Source: Planctomycetota bacterium | Lineage (GTDB): Bacteria; Planctomycetota; UBA1135; UBA2386 | Reading direction: 5' to 3' | Length of the DNA: 64,000 nt | Assembly: GCA_046290465.1 (NCBI GenBank) | Contig: JBKAGP010000001.1 | Location: 5,440,001-5,504,000 of the forward strand | Shown: positions 20,511-31,529 of the stretch, in pieces | Layout of the letters: each line of letters begins with the position of its first letter | Numbering within the stretch: position 1 is the stretch's first letter | Translations under genes and position numbers: made by a program | Notes under the pieces: generated by a model | Told to the model about the DNA's origin: nothing | Seen by the model: only the letters and a program-made list of their open reading frames with translations | The model's database searches: none

Positions 20511-23500
20511 ATGGTCCGCATGCTGCTCACGACGCTGCTGGTCACCGCCCTGGCGGGGACCAGTTCTGGCCAGAACACCTCCGATCCGCAGGGGCCGGAA
20601 TTGGTCGCCAGCCGTTTCACCCCGGTCGTCGACGGCGACCTGGCGGATTGGAAGGCCTTTACTGGGAACGGCTTCGGGCGTGACCAGATCTTCGAGGGCG
20701 CCGACAAGTGGAAGAGCGGCAAGGACCTCTCGGCCAATTTATTGGTCAGCTGGGACAACAACCGGCTCTACCTCGCCGGCACGGTCCGGGACGACCAGTT
20801 CGCCGCAGACGAACTCGCCGCGCAGCGTCAGGTCGACTGCATCGAGGTCCACGTCGGCGGCGACACCCGCGACGCGGCGACCCGCACCGAGCGCAGCGTG
20901 CTGCGGCTGTTCCCGATGCAGGCGCACCGGCCGTGGGCGTGGGGCGGCGGCCAGCGCGCGGCCGTCGGTGAGGAGCCGGTCCAGCAGATCACCCAGCTGG
21001 CCGGCCTGACGGTCGTCGGCAAGCAGCTCGACGCGACCTCGTACCAGTTCGAGGCGGCGATCCCGTTCCATCACTTCCCGAACCTGCGCCCCGGCACCAC
21101 CAGCTTCGGGTTCGATCTGGCCCTGCGCGACCACGACCTCGCCGGAGGTGGCGGCGGCACGTCGATGTCGTGGAGCCGCACCGACCCGTTCTTCGGGCCG
21201 CGCAACGCGGTGCTGCGGCTCGGCGAGCCGGGCCTGCTGGCGCCGACTGTCGAGCCGCGGCCGCTGCTGTCGGGCGAACTGCTGGTCGATCTGCCGTACC
21301 TGCTGGTGCCGCTGCTCGCGCTGGTCGCGCTGGTGCTGCTGTTGCGCGGCTGGGCGCGCATCCGCGGCCGGGTGCGCTGGCTGCGCAGTGCGCTGGTGGT
21401 GGTCGGGGTCACGACCTTCCTGGTCGGGCTGTGGCTGCCGTCGCTGATGACGTCGTGGCGCGCCGACGAGCAGCGCCAGCAGCTGGCGGCACGGCTCGGC
21501 AACCTGCAGGCCATGCTGCCGTTGCTCGAGGGCGGCTCGCTGAAGAGCTACCGCGGCGCCAGCCGCGACCGCGCCGTCGTCGACCTCGTCAGCGGCCGCG
21601 GCATCACCCGCCAGCGCTACACGACCTACCGGTCGCTGGTCGACATCGCGCCCGAGCAGTTCGGGCCGCCGGTGCGTTCGTTCGACGGCCTGCCGGTGCG
21701 CTGCTACTGGCTGCCGCTGCCCGAGGAGCGCACCGAGAGCTTCCAGTTCGACCGCGAACTGCAGGGCAACAAGCTGTTCCTGGTGGTGGCGCGCCCGTTC
21801 GCGCCGTCGATCGCGCTGACCACCGATCCGCTGCCGCCGGCGGTGCTCGACATCGAGCTCGACTACGGCGAGGAGAAGGTGCAGCAGCAGATCTCGCTCG
21901 ACCTGCCGTTCGACGACGCGACGTCGCTCGGCCGCGACTTCTGGGAGGCCGGCATCGTGCAGCTCGAGCTGTCGGGCCAGCTGCGGTCGGCGACGCTCGG
22001 CTGCGCCGGCAACCCCGACGTGCGCCTGGTCGGCATGTCGCTCGAAGGTGCCGAGGTCGGCTCGGTCGAGCCGCTGTCGCTCGGCAAGCCGTCGCGCGAC
22101 GGCGTGCTGACCGATCTGCGCGGCGCCTACCCACAGGACGCCGGCCTCGAGCTGGCGCCGGGCGCGGTCGCCAAGGTCACGATCCCGGAGGACGTCGAGT
22201 CGCCGGAGAAGATGTGGCTGTTCTACCGCGCGGTCTACCCCGGCCTGCCGGCGTCCAACCCGGGCTCGCGCGTCGCCGAGGTCGTGCTGCACTTCCGCGA
22301 CGGCCGCCAGAAGCAGACCCACGTGCTCGAGCACCAGGTCTCGATGTTCTACGAGCTGGCGGTGCACAACACGCGCGATGACCCGCCCGAGGAGTCGGCT
22401 GCGTCGATCGCGCTGACGTGGGTCGACGACACCCAGGAGCGGCACGTCAACGTCGGCTACCCGCTGCTGGAGCTGCCGACCGACACGTCGGTCGAGGCGA
22501 TCGAGTTCAAGAACCTCGCCGACTACCGCATGCGGTTCCGTTCGGTGGTGTTCGTCAACCAGCGCGCGGTCGCGCCGCAGGATCCGCCCGACTCGCCGCT
22601 GGTCAAGAAGGGCAACCAGCGGTTCCTGAGCGAGGCGGCGCTCGCCGAACTCGACGACCTGGTGGTCTCGATCTACCGCACCGGCGAACTCAGTGAGTCG
22701 ACGCTCGGCCTCGAGCAGCGCGTCGACGTGCAGACGCTGCCGCGCTCGGTCGGCTCGGCCGAGTCGACCGAGACCGCGTCGCTGCTGCCGAGCGGCGGCC
22801 GCCGTCTGTCGCTGTTCGCGCCGCTGCGCGGCGACGGTTGGGACGGCGCGGTGCTGGCGGTCTCGGCGACCGACGACCAGTGGGCGGCGTCCGAGCAGTC
22901 GGGCAACCGCATGGGGCTGCTGCTGTGCCTGTTGAGCACGCCGTTCCTGCTGGTGCTGCTGAGCGAACTGCTGGCGGTCGTGACCAACCTGCGCTTCCGC
23001 CTGATGACGGTGCTCTCGGTCGCGTCGCTGGCACCGCTCGGCCTGCTGTCGCTGGTGCTCGTGCAGGTGCTCGAGAGCGGCCACGAGACCGAACTCGAAG
23101 GCAGCGTGCGCGCCACCGTGCGCAGCGCAATGGCGCAGCTCGAGGACCAGAAGGTGCGGGTGCAGCAATCGGCGCAGCAGTGGCTGCGCGACCTGGCGAC
23201 GCTGGCCAACGAGAAGCTCGAGGGGCTGCCGCAGCAGCCGCAGGGCCAGGAGCAGGGCATCTCGATCGCGTCGTTCTCCGACGAGCTGCAGGCGCTGCTG
23301 TCCGGCCAGCTGCCGCCCGAGTGGGGCGGCGGCTTCCTGCGGCTCGAGTGGCAGCAGCCCGGCGAAGGTGCGGCCGCGCCGCTGGTGCTGGTCTCGGGCG
23401 ACGACCGCATGGTGCAGGCGGAGGCGCCGGCGCGCCTCGATCCGGGCCTGTTCATGCAGTGGGGGCGGTTGATGCTCGGCGTGCGCGCCGAGCAGGTCGT

Positions 23501-26336
23501 GCACGGCGGCACGCTGTCGCTGACCGCCGGCCGCCCGATCGACGGCAGCCTGCTGGGCGCGCTGGCGCCCGGGCGCGACCTGCTGTTGACCGACGTGCGC
23601 GGCTACCCGCTCGCGGCCAGCGACGGGCGCGAACGCGCGCAGCGGCTGGTGCAGCACGCCTACGACCCGCCGACGATGGCCGAACGCGAACGCGCGGTCG
23701 CGACCGTCGAGGAGACCCGCCAGCCGGTGATCGTGCGCGAGTCCGGGCCGACCGGCGACCAGGTGGTCGGCGCCGAGGTGCTGCGCGACCTGCAGGAGAC
23801 GCCGCGCGCGCTGCTGGTGGCGGCGATGCCCGACGAGCGCGCGACGCTCGAACTCGCGATCGGGCGGATCCCGGTGCGCGCGTTCTTCCTGCTGGTCGCC
23901 GGCTCGCTGGTCGTGCTCGCGGCGTTCTTGTCGTTCGTCGTCAGCGGCCGCATCAGCCGTCCGATCGAGCGGCTCGAGAAGGGCGCGCAGGCGCTCTCGC
24001 GCGGCCAGTTCGACACCCGCGTGCCGGACGACGAGGGCGGCCAGGTCGGTCGCCTGACGCGCGCGTTCAACCAGATGGCCGAGGACCTGCACGGTCGCCT
24101 GCGCGACCTGCAGGCGCTCAACCGCACGATGGGGGAGCTCGCCGCAGAACACGACGAGGCGCGCGCGATCGAGGTCCTGCGGCGGTTCTGCGCCAACCAC
24201 ACGGCCGCCGACGCGGTGGTCGCGACGATGCTCGACGACAGCGGCACGGCGCTGGTCGTGCACAGCGACGGCGAGGTCGTCGGCGAACGGATCGAGCTCG
24301 GCGGCTTCGCGATCGTCTCGCTCGGCGGCCCGTTCTGTGCGCGCGCTCGCAGCGGCAGCCTGCCGCCGCCGTGGAGCGACGCGCTGCCGCAATCGGGTTC
24401 GGTGCTCGGCTTGCCGATCGTGTTCGCCGGCCAGACGCGTGGCGTGGTCCTGCTCGGCTTCGACCTGGGCCACCCGTCGCCGGTCGACCTGGAGCTGTTG
24501 ACGACGGTGGTCGCGCAGGCGGCGTCGGCGTGTGAGCGATCGCAGCTGCAGCGGCTGGCGGTGCAGGATCCGGTGACCGGAGCGTTTGCGACCGACTACT
24601 TCCGTCGCCGCGTCGTCGACGAGGTGTCGCTGGCGCAGCACGGCGGCCATCCGTTCGCCCTGCTCGCGTTCCGCGTCTCCGAGCGCAACCGCAGCGCGCT
24701 GCGGCTGCAGCGGTTCGCCCACCTGCTCGGCGAACGGGTCGCCGACCGCGGCGTCGTCGGGCACGGCGAGGGAGGTCGCTTCTACGTGGCGCTGCCGGGT
24801 GTCGATCGCAGCGACGCCGAACTGGTGCGCCAGGGCGTCGCGGCGGACTGGCGCGAGGAGGGGCGGCGCGACGGCATCGAGGCCGGTGGCGCCGCGTTCG
24901 GCAGCGCGGTCGTGGTGTTCCCCGAGGAGGCGGCGTCGGCCGAGTTCCTGTTCGAGGCGGTGCGCGCACAGCTCGCCAAGGATCCGGTGCGCGACGCGGT
25001 CGAGGCCGAGTCCGACGCCAGCCTGCTGCGCGCCGGCGTGACCGCGGTCAGCGCCGCGATGCGTCCGGTCTACGGCACGCTGCGGCGCGTCGCGCCGACC
25101 GACCTGCCGATCCTGCTCGAGGGCGAGACCGGCGTCGGCAAGGAGGTGCTGACCAACCTGGTGCACCGCTGGAGCCGCCGCGCCCGCGGGCCGCTGGTCA
25201 AGGTGCACTGCGCGTCGCTGTCCGAGACCCTGCTCGCGAGCGAACTGTTCGGCCACGAGCGCGGCGCGTTCACCGGCGCGGACCGACGCAAGGTCGGCCG
25301 CTTCGAGCAGGCGAGCGGCGGCACGCTGTTCCTCGACGAGGTCGGCGAGATCCCGCTCGACGTGCAGGTCGCGCTGCTGCGAGCACTGCAGGAAGGCGAG
25401 ATCGATCGCGTCGGCGGCACCGAGCCGGTCCAGGTCGACGTGCGCGTCATCGCGGCGACCAACCGCGACATGAAGCAGATGGTCGCGGACGGCCGGTTCC
25501 GGGAGGACCTGTACTATCGCCTGCAGGGCATGGTCGTGGTCGTGCCACCGCTGCGCGACCGCCGCGAGGAGTTGCCGCCGCTGGTCGAGCGGTTCCGGCA
25601 GGAGATCGTCGCCGACGGCCACGCGCCGGCGCGCGAGCTGTCCACGGGTGCGCTCGACGAGCTCTACCGGCAGGAGTGGCCGGGCAACATCCGGCAACTG
25701 CGCACGACGGTGTTCCGGGCGCTGGTGCTGGCGCGTGGGGCGGTCGTGCGCCAGCACGACGTGCTGGCGGCGCTCGCGGGCGGGGCGGCGGCTCCGGAGC
25801 TGCCGGATGCGGTCACGGTCCCGCCCGCCGAGCCGGTGGCTCCCGGCGGGTCGGCCGAGTCGGGCCCGGTCATCGAAGGGGCGGCCGCCGAAGAACCGCT
25901 GGCCGGGACCGCGCCGCCGGCCGGGATCGCCGTCGAGCCCGCTGGTGCGGAGGCGCCAGCGAGGATCCCGCGCCCTGCCGGGGATCCCGACGGTGCGGCC
26001 CCCGAAGTGTCGCGCAATCCGGCGGTCGAGGCCAAGGCGGTCGAGGTACCGCGGCCGGATGCGACGGTTCCGGATCGCGAATCCGGTGTGGCCGAATCCC
26101 ATTCCGAGCCCGACCCGGCCGATCTCTCGCCACGTCTCAGGGGGCTGCTATCCCTGATCCGGGAGCGGGGCCGATGCACCACGCAGGAGCACATGGCCAA
26201 TTCGGGAGTGTCTCACCGGACGGCGCTGCGTGACCTGCAGGCGCTTGTCTCGCAGGGGTTTATCGAGCGTGTCGGGGTTCGTCGGGGAGCCTGGTATCGG
26301 CTTTCGGCCGGCGTGACCGATTCTGCGTCCGATTGA
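20511..26336 (+). CDS. Large membrane-bound sigma-54-dependent activator (CBM9-like - multi-TM - HAMP - GAF - degenerate GGDEF - AAA+ - winged HTH)
   Basis: [66 protein letters not shown]...[12 protein letters not shown]-terminal [10 protein letters not shown]...[15 protein letters not shown]. Confidence 0.9.
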   Translation: MVRMLLTTLLVTALAGTSSGQNTSDPQGPELVASRFTPVVDGDLADWKAFTGNGFGRDQIFEGADKWKSGKDLSANLLVSWDNNRLYLAGTVRDDQFAADELAAQRQVDCIEVHVGGDTRDAATRTERSVLRLFPMQAHRPWAWGGGQRAAVGEEPVQQITQLAGLTVVGKQLDATSYQFEAAIPFHHFPNLRPGTTSFGFDLALRDHDLAGGGGGTSMSWSRTDPFFGPRNAVLRLGEPGLLAPTVEPRPLLSGELLVDLPYLLVPLLALVALVLLLRGWARIRGRVRWLRSALVVVGVTTFLVGLWLPSLMTSWRADEQRQQLAARLGNLQAMLPLLEGGSLKSYRGASRDRAVVDLVSGRGITRQRYTTYRSLVDIAPEQFGPPVRSFDGLPVRCYWLPLPEERTESFQFDRELQGNKLFLVVARPFAPSIALTTDPLPPAVLDIELDYGEEKVQQQISLDLPFDDATSLGRDFWEAGIVQLELSGQLRSATLGCAGNPDVRLVGMSLEGAEVGSVEPLSLGKPSRDGVLTDLRGAYPQDAGLELAPGAVAKVTIPEDVESPEKMWLFYRAVYPGLPASNPGSRVAEVVLHFRDGRQKQTHVLEHQVSMFYELAVHNTRDDPPEESAASIALTWVDDTQERHVNVGYPLLELPTDTSVEAIEFKNLADYRMRFRSVVFVNQRAVAPQDPPDSPLVKKGNQRFLSEAALAELDDLVVSIYRTGELSESTLGLEQRVDVQTLPRSVGSAESTETASLLPSGGRRLSLFAPLRGDGWDGAVLAVSATDDQWAASEQSGNRMGLLLCLLSTPFLLVLLSELLAVVTNLRFRLMTVLSVASLAPLGLLSLVLVQVLESGHETELEGSVRATVRSAMAQLEDQKVRVQQSAQQWLRDLATLANEKLEGLPQQPQGQEQGISIASFSDELQALLSGQLPPEWGGGFLRLEWQQPGEGAAAPLVLVSGDDRMVQAEAPARLDPGLFMQWGRLMLGVRAEQVVHGGTLSLTAGRPIDGSLLGALAPGRDLLLTDVRGYPLAASDGRERAQRLVQHAYDPPTMAERERAVATVEETRQPVIVRESGPTGDQVVGAEVLRDLQETPRALLVAAMPDERATLELAIGRIPVRAFFLLVAGSLVVLAAFLSFVVSGRISRPIERLEKGAQALSRGQFDTRVPDDEGGQVGRLTRAFNQMAEDLHGRLRDLQALNRTMGELAAEHDEARAIEVLRRFCANHTAADAVVATMLDDSGTALVVHSDGEVVGERIELGGFAIVSLGGPFCARARSGSLPPPWSDALPQSGSVLGLPIVFAGQTRGVVLLGFDLGHPSPVDLELLTTVVAQAASACERSQLQRLAVQDPVTGAFATDYFRRRVVDEVSLAQHGGHPFALLAFRVSERNRSALRLQRFAHLLGERVADRGVVGHGEGGRFYVALPGVDRSDAELVRQGVAADWREEGRRDGIEAGGAAFGSAVVVFPEEAASAEFLFEAVRAQLAKDPVRDAVEAESDASLLRAGVTAVSAAMRPVYGTLRRVAPTDLPILLEGETGVGKEVLTNLVHRWSRRARGPLVKVHCASLSETLLASELFGHERGAFTGADRRKVGRFEQASGGTLFLDEVGEIPLDVQVALLRALQEGEIDRVGGTEPVQVDVRVIAATNRDMKQMVADGRFREDLYYRLQGMVVVVPPLRDRREELPPLVERFRQEIVADGHAPARELSTGALDELYRQEWPGNIRQLRTTVFRALVLARGAVVRQHDVLAALAGGAAAPELPDAVTVPPAEPVAPGGSAESGPVIEGAAAEEPLAGTAPPAGIAVEPAGAEAPARIPRPAGDPDGAAPEVSRNPAVEAKAVEVPRPDATVPDRESGVAESHSEPDPADLSPRLRGLLSLIRERGRCTTQEHMANSGVSHRTALRDLQALVSQGFIERVGVRRGAWYRLSAGVTDSASD

Positions 26337-26456
26337 ATCCACAGCGTGGCCAGTTCTGTCCACATCTCGCCAAGGGTGTGGCCATTACTTTTTCTGAAGT
26401 CGTAGAAGCCTTTCCCGCAACAGGTTGGCGGAGGATTCGTCCGATTGGCCGATTGC

Positions 26457-26472
26457 AGGCCCGAAGCTTGCT
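26457..26472 (+). promoter_or_regulatory. Candidate sigma-54 (-24/-12) promoter
   Basis: AGGCCCG-AAGC-TTGCT, exact GG-N10-GC spacing, about 100 nt upstream of ATG 26575. Confidence 0.65.
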
Positions 26473-26574
26473 CATCCGGCATGCAGCGATTGGCCGAATC
26501 TCCAACCGGGTCAGCGGCCGCCGAACGCCACAGCACCACGCAACGCGAACCACGCAACGCCACGCGACACAGTC

Positions 26575-26955
26575 ATGCGCACCAACCTGATCGTCAGCTT
26601 GTTCCTCACCACCTTCCTGGCCGCGACGGCTTCTGCCCAGGTCTCCCTGAAGAAGAAGGCGGTGGTCTACGTCGGCAGCGCAGCCAATACGTCCGCGCCC
26701 GCCACGCTGGTCGCGAAAAAGGTGCGCTCGGCCACTCCTGAGTGGAAGAAGATCAAGAGCGACGGGATCGACCCGGACTCGGCTCGCGGCAAGCAGCTGA
26801 TCACCAAGATGAACAAGCGCATCCGCAAGGCGGTCAAGGCAGTCGCCGACAGCGAGAGCCGCGACATGGTGACGCGCAAGATGGACCTGCGGGACGACCA
26901 GGGTCGCGAGGTCGTCGACCTGACCGATCTGGTCATCGCCGAGATCGAGGCGTAG
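26575..26955 (+). CDS. Small secreted basic protein, OmpH/Skp-like
   Basis: Signal peptide ASA-Q; KKVRSATPEWKKI and RIRKAVKAVA...DMV...VVDLTDLVIAEI resemble the Skp body motifs. Confidence 0.6.
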   Translation: MRTNLIVSLFLTTFLAATASAQVSLKKKAVVYVGSAANTSAPATLVAKKVRSATPEWKKIKSDGIDPDSARGKQLITKMNKRIRKAVKAVADSESRDMVTRKMDLRDDQGREVVDLTDLVIAEIEA

Positions 26956-27041
26956 GGCGGTCGTCGGGGAACCCGGTTTGCGCAGTTGCGAGGCGCCGAA
27001 AGCCTCGCGCAGATCCTTCATCTGCTCCACAATCTCCGTCC

Positions 27042-28529
27042 GTGCCACGTCTCGATCTTCTCTGGCCCGCGCTGCGCACGGGGGCCTGGGCCTCGGCGCT
27101 GCTGGCGTTGGGTTGCGTCAACGCCGGCCCGCCCAAGCGTGTCGCCGAGACCCGCGTCGAGGGCGCGGTCTTCGGTGGTTCGCGGAGTGCCGGCCCGGTC
27201 GCCTGGCGGCTCGGCGACGACCACAAGCTCGACTCCGCCTCCTATCGCGCGGCCAGTGCTTCGCCGCAGGACCCGCAGGGTCAGGACCCGGAGACGGCCG
27301 AACAGCGCGATGCGCGGCTGCGTCTCGAGTTCGGCAGCAACGTGCTGATCAGCGCCGACGGCTCGGTCACCAAGCAGTTCTTCCTCGCGGGCGACCTGGC
27401 GCAGACGTTCCTCAAGCTGATCGCGGAGATCACGCCGGAAAAGCCGCCGGTCGACGGCCGGCAGCCGCAGCCGGTGCCCAAGCCGGGCACCAAGATCGGC
27501 GGTCCGGCGGCGACCAGCATCCTCGGCCGCATGCTGCGCGAGCACACCGTCGAGGTAACGTTCGTGCCGGACTTCGAGGTCCTGAGCGGGGCCAAGCTGG
27601 TCGATCAGACCAACAAGGCGTCGGTGATCACCGGCGAGCCGCCGAACTGGAAGTACAAGGACGCTCCGACCGTGTCGCTGGCGTTGGTCACGGCGCAGCC
27701 GGCTGGCCTGGCCGCGTTCGAGGCGGCGCTCGACCTGTTCTACAGCAGCATCCCGCAGGTCGAGATCAGCGTGCTGGTCATCGAGTACAACACCGGTGAC
27801 GCGCTGTCGTTCGGCGTCGCGCAGCTCGACGAGAACACGCCGATCCTCAACAACCTGACCAGCAGCCAGCTGGTGCGTTCGTACTCGTCGGCGTTCCCGG
27901 CCAGCCAGCCGATCGTCGGCACGACGCCGGTGGCCGACATCGGCCGGTTCGCGCTCGGCGGCATCCACGACGCGTGGGAGCTCAACGCGCTGATCGAGGC
28001 GCTCGAGGCCAACAACCTCGCCGACATCACCAGCTCGCCCAAGATGGTCGTGCGCAACGGCGGCGTCGCGGCGATCTCGACGCTGACGCAGGTGCCGTTC
28101 CCGAAGGCGAAGTTCTCGCAGCTCGGTTCCGAGGTCGCGACCGACATCAGCTTCAAGCCGGTCGGCGTGCGGATGAACATCATCCCGGTCATCGCCGGCA
28201 CCGACTCGGTGATCCTGCAGGTGTTCGCCGACGTGTCCGCGATCACCAGCTTCGCCGATACGACGCCGATCGTGACGCCGGTGACCAGCCAGCGCAGCGC
28301 CGTGACGACCGTCTACCTCAAGGACGGACACACGCTGGTGATCGGCGGGCTCAAGTCGAAGACCCTGTTCGAGAGCGAGACCAAGGTCCCGATCCTCGGC
28401 GACATCCCGGTGCTCGGCTTCCTGTTCCGCTCGACGTCGACGGTGCGCAACGAGACCACGGTCGAGTTCCACATCACGCCCCGGATCGTCGAGGACCGCG
28501 GCTCGCCGACGATCGGCACGCAGTTCTGA
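27042..28529 (+). CDS. Secretin (GspD/PilQ family), lipoprotein type
   Basis: PQVEISVLVIE, SSPKMVVRNG, FKPVGVRMNIIP, TTVYLKDGHTLVIGGL, KVPILGDIPVLGFLFRS, ITPRIV; GTG start with LALGC lipobox. Confidence 0.9.
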   Translation: MPRLDLLWPALRTGAWASALLALGCVNAGPPKRVAETRVEGAVFGGSRSAGPVAWRLGDDHKLDSASYRAASASPQDPQGQDPETAEQRDARLRLEFGSNVLISADGSVTKQFFLAGDLAQTFLKLIAEITPEKPPVDGRQPQPVPKPGTKIGGPAATSILGRMLREHTVEVTFVPDFEVLSGAKLVDQTNKASVITGEPPNWKYKDAPTVSLALVTAQPAGLAAFEAALDLFYSSIPQVEISVLVIEYNTGDALSFGVAQLDENTPILNNLTSSQLVRSYSSAFPASQPIVGTTPVADIGRFALGGIHDAWELNALIEALEANNLADITSSPKMVVRNGGVAAISTLTQVPFPKAKFSQLGSEVATDISFKPVGVRMNIIPVIAGTDSVILQVFADVSAITSFADTTPIVTPVTSQRSAVTTVYLKDGHTLVIGGLKSKTLFESETKVPILGDIPVLGFLFRSTSTVRNETTVEFHITPRIVEDRGSPTIGTQF

Positions 28530-28620
28530 GTCGCGGTCGGCGCGTGGGCGCCGGCTGGCAAGAGCCCGATCATCAGCGGCTCGACCATCAGGTGCCCAGC
28601 ATCAGGGCTCCATCGTCATC

Positions 28621-29745
28621 TCAGAAGCCGGGGTGCGCCGCGATCCCCTGGCTGCTCGCAGCCGCGAGCGTGCTCAGGTCGAGGCCGAACGCCTGCGTGA
28701 ACACCGTCGGCAGGCCGGGCAGCACGGCCGGGATCGGCAGTGGAACCACCAGCGGTCCGGCGCCGGCAGCCGCGATCGTGACCACCGGATCGACCAGCAG
28801 CGGGCAGCCTGCGAGCGGCGCGAACACGGTGCCGACGTCCAGCGGCAGGGGCGCTACACCGCCGAGCGCGCAGCGGTCGAGGCCCACCGCCAGCACCACC
28901 AGGCTCGCGCTCGCAGGCGCCGCGCGCAGCGCGAACGTGGAGTTGCCGAGGGTCGGCGTGCCGATCGCGGTCAGCTGCAGGCTGCCCGGTGCGCCGCAGC
29001 CGGGGCCGGTGTTCGAGTCGAACGTGCCGACTCCGGCGCGCGGAGCGGCCGCCAGCGCCTGTACCTGGTTCGCGTTCCACAGGCCGTCGATCCACAGGAA
29101 CTCGTCGATGTCGAGCGGCGACGGGCTCGAGCCGCTGTCGTCGCGCGCGCCGATGGTGAAGTTGCTGCCGCTGATCCACGCCGGTGCGCCGAAGAACGCC
29201 GGCTGTTCGGGCACCCCGTTGATGTAGAAGGTCGCCTCGACCGAGCCCGAGTCGACGACGCAGGCCAGGTGGGTCCAGCCGGCGTTGAGGTCGGCGGTCA
29301 GGCTGGCGTTGGTCACCGCCACCGCCGGAAAGCCGTCCAGCGTCACCCGGCCGGTGCTGCCGATGTACATGCGCAGCTGGCCGCCGGTCGCGCCGAACAG
29401 GTAGCCGAACGGGATCGTCGTCGGGTTGCCCTGGTGGTTGCGCAGCCACATCGCGAACGAGAAGTCGCCGGTCGGCGCGTCCGGCACCCAGCCGGTGTCG
29501 ACCCGCACGCTGGTCTGGCCGGGGATGCTGCCCGAGAGCCCCTGGCCGAAGGCTCCGGTCAGGCGGCCACTGCCGGCGGCGGCGCCCTGCGCGGTCAGCG
29601 TGCCGCGCGCGCTGCCGGGTGCCAGCCCGATCACCTCCGAGCCGCAGCCCTCCTCGAAGCGGAAGTGCAGCACCTCCTGCGCGCCGAGCGCGGCGCAGGC
29701 CAGGGTGGTCGCCAGCAGAAGCCTCGCCGATCGTCCCGTTCGCAT
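28621..29745 (-). CDS. Secreted LamG/concanavalin-like domain protein
   Basis: Signal peptide; LHFRFEE, FSFAMWL, WTHLACV, FYINGV, FTIGA, IDEF motifs; extra C-terminal domain. Confidence 0.8.
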   Translation of the reverse strand: MRTGRSARLLLATTLACAALGAQEVLHFRFEEGCGSEVIGLAPGSARGTLTAQGAAAGSGRLTGAFGQGLSGSIPGQTSVRVDTGWVPDAPTGDFSFAMWLRNHQGNPTTIPFGYLFGATGGQLRMYIGSTGRVTLDGFPAVAVTNASLTADLNAGWTHLACVVDSGSVEATFYINGVPEQPAFFGAPAWISGSNFTIGARDDSGSSPSPLDIDEFLWIDGLWNANQVQALAAAPRAGVGTFDSNTGPGCGAPGSLQLTAIGTPTLGNSTFALRAAPASASLVVLAVGLDRCALGGVAPLPLDVGTVFAPLAGCPLLVDPVVTIAAAGAGPLVVPLPIPAVLPGLPTVFTQAFGLDLSTLAAASSQGIAAHPGF

Positions 29746-29877
29746 CGCGCCGACGATAGCAGGGTTTGCATGGTGGTGGCCCTCGGCTGGCGGTAGCGGC
29801 GATTTCGGTGGCGGCGATTCGCGGTCCCCGCGCCGCCAGCGGGAAGGAACGGCTAGGATCTCCGTCGGAAACCAGCC

Positions 29878-31524
29878 ATGTCGAGCCTCCACAACCGTGC
29901 CCGCAGCCGATCCGCCGCTGCCACCGGTGCCGCCAGCGATCCGCAGGCCGGCGTCGCGCTGGTGATGGCGATGATCTTCTCGATCCTGCTCTACATCCTG
30001 GTGGCCGAACTGGTCGTCTCGAGCCGCATGGTGCGCGCCACGGGTGAGAACGACGCGCTGCTGGCCAGGATGAACACCCAGATGCTCTATGAGCTGGGCG
30101 AGGCCGAGGACAAGCTGCTCGCGGACATGGCGAGCGCGACGGCCGAGGGCGAAGGCGGCGCGATGCCCGGCGGCGGCGGCGGCGCGCTCGGCGAGGCGCT
30201 GGGCTCTGCGCCGGCCGGCGGCGAGGGGCTCGGCGAGGAGGGGGCCGAAGAGGACCCGACGACCAAGTGCGATTCGAGCCGCGATGCGTGGTTCGAGCCG
30301 AGCGGCCACCCCGACAACGACCTGACCACCTACGTCTGGATCGAGGACGAGAACCGCAAGTTCAACCTGCTGTCGATCTGGAGCCCCGACGAGGAGTTCG
30401 CCCAGGAGTCGCGCGAAGGCCTGGTGCGCCTGATCGACACGCTGCGCGAGGACACCGAGTGGGACGTGCCGTCGACCGACGCGTCGCTGATCGTGCAGGA
30501 GATCGTCGAGTGGGCGCGCCGGCCGGCCACCGAGGCGATGCCGGTGCCGCCGCTCAAGAGCATGAAGGAGGACGACCGCGACTTCGCGATCCCGCTGCAC
30601 CTCGACGAGCTGATGATGCTGCCGTCGGTCGACGCGGAGCTGTTCTTCGACAAGGCGATCGACCAGAAGGTCTACCTCGGCCTCGAGTCGGTGCTGACGA
30701 TCTGGACCGCGCAGATCCAGGACCCGGGCAACCCCGAGAAGCTCGCCCGCCAGCGCGCGATCGCCGAGGCCCGCGGCCAGCGCGCGCCGCAGGGTGAGGG
30801 CGAAGGCGAAGGTGCCGGCGCCGAAGGTGGCAACGAGGCCGGCAACGAGGCCGGCGCCGAGGGCGACGAGCCGCAGCAGCCCGAGGGCATCGGCATCAAG
30901 GTCAACGTCAACACCGCCACCCGGCCGGTGCTGCGCGCGCTGTTCCCCGAGGACATGGTGCCCGATCGCGTCATCGACGGGATCATCCGCTACCGCAACG
31001 AGATCGACGAGGAAGCGACCGACGAGGCGTCCGACCAGCAGGCCGAGGAGACCTCCGACTTCGGCGACATGATGCTCGGCGACCAGCCGCTGAAGCGGTT
31101 CTTCGAGACGCTCGAGGACCTCGAGCAGGTCGAGGAGTTCGCGCAGATCCCGGATCCCGAGGTCAAGTCGAAGATCATGACCCGGCTTACGGTCAACTCG
31201 GACGTGTTCTCGATCCACCTGGCGTCGCTCTACAAGCGCAACGAGAACGAGAACAAGCGCATCTTCCTGCTGCGCCGGGCGCGCTCGATCGTGCGCCGCA
31301 TCGACGACGGCGAGGAGGGACAGATCCTGCCGATCGTGCCGTACGAGGAGCGCATCGGCCTGCGGGTGCAGCCGGTCGACATGCAGGACGAGATCCTGCA
31401 GGACTGGACGGTCACCTACATGGACATGGACCAGTTCTCGCAGGAGGAACGGGCGTGGAACCCGTTCCTGATCGACTTCTACCTGCCGCCCGACGTGCGC
31501 GAGAACTTCTACTCCAACCGCTGA
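29878..31524 (+). CDS. gspK: Type II secretion minor pseudopilin GspK-like protein
   Basis: Prepilin-like QAG-VALVMAMIFSILL; IEDENRKFNL, HLDELMML, KVNVNTA..PVLRAL, LTVNSDVFSI. Confidence 0.85.
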   Translation: MSSLHNRARSRSAAATGAASDPQAGVALVMAMIFSILLYILVAELVVSSRMVRATGENDALLARMNTQMLYELGEAEDKLLADMASATAEGEGGAMPGGGGGALGEALGSAPAGGEGLGEEGAEEDPTTKCDSSRDAWFEPSGHPDNDLTTYVWIEDENRKFNLLSIWSPDEEFAQESREGLVRLIDTLREDTEWDVPSTDASLIVQEIVEWARRPATEAMPVPPLKSMKEDDRDFAIPLHLDELMMLPSVDAELFFDKAIDQKVYLGLESVLTIWTAQIQDPGNPEKLARQRAIAEARGQRAPQGEGEGEGAGAEGGNEAGNEAGAEGDEPQQPEGIGIKVNVNTATRPVLRALFPEDMVPDRVIDGIIRYRNEIDEEATDEASDQQAEETSDFGDMMLGDQPLKRFFETLEDLEQVEEFAQIPDPEVKSKIMTRLTVNSDVFSIHLASLYKRNENENKRIFLLRRARSIVRRIDDGEEGQILPIVPYEERIGLRVQPVDMQDEILQDWTVTYMDMDQFSQEERAWNPFLIDFYLPPDVRENFYSNR

Positions 31525-31529
31525 GCGCG

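Noticed and set aside
24560..24990. Active diguanylate cyclase domain in the large activator
   Set aside because: The fold cues are present (QDPVTG) but the GG(D/E)EF motif is replaced by GEGGRF.
20739..26102. Very long antisense ORFs (1787 aa here; also 41741..46714, 16407..19931, 57039..60236 and 293..2830)
   Set aside because: They are shadows of real genes on the opposite strand; high GC suppresses stops and the translations lack recognisable motifs.
28570..28612. Three CATCAG motifs between the secretin and LamG genes
   Set aside because: Too short and irregularly spaced to support a repeat or regulatory call.
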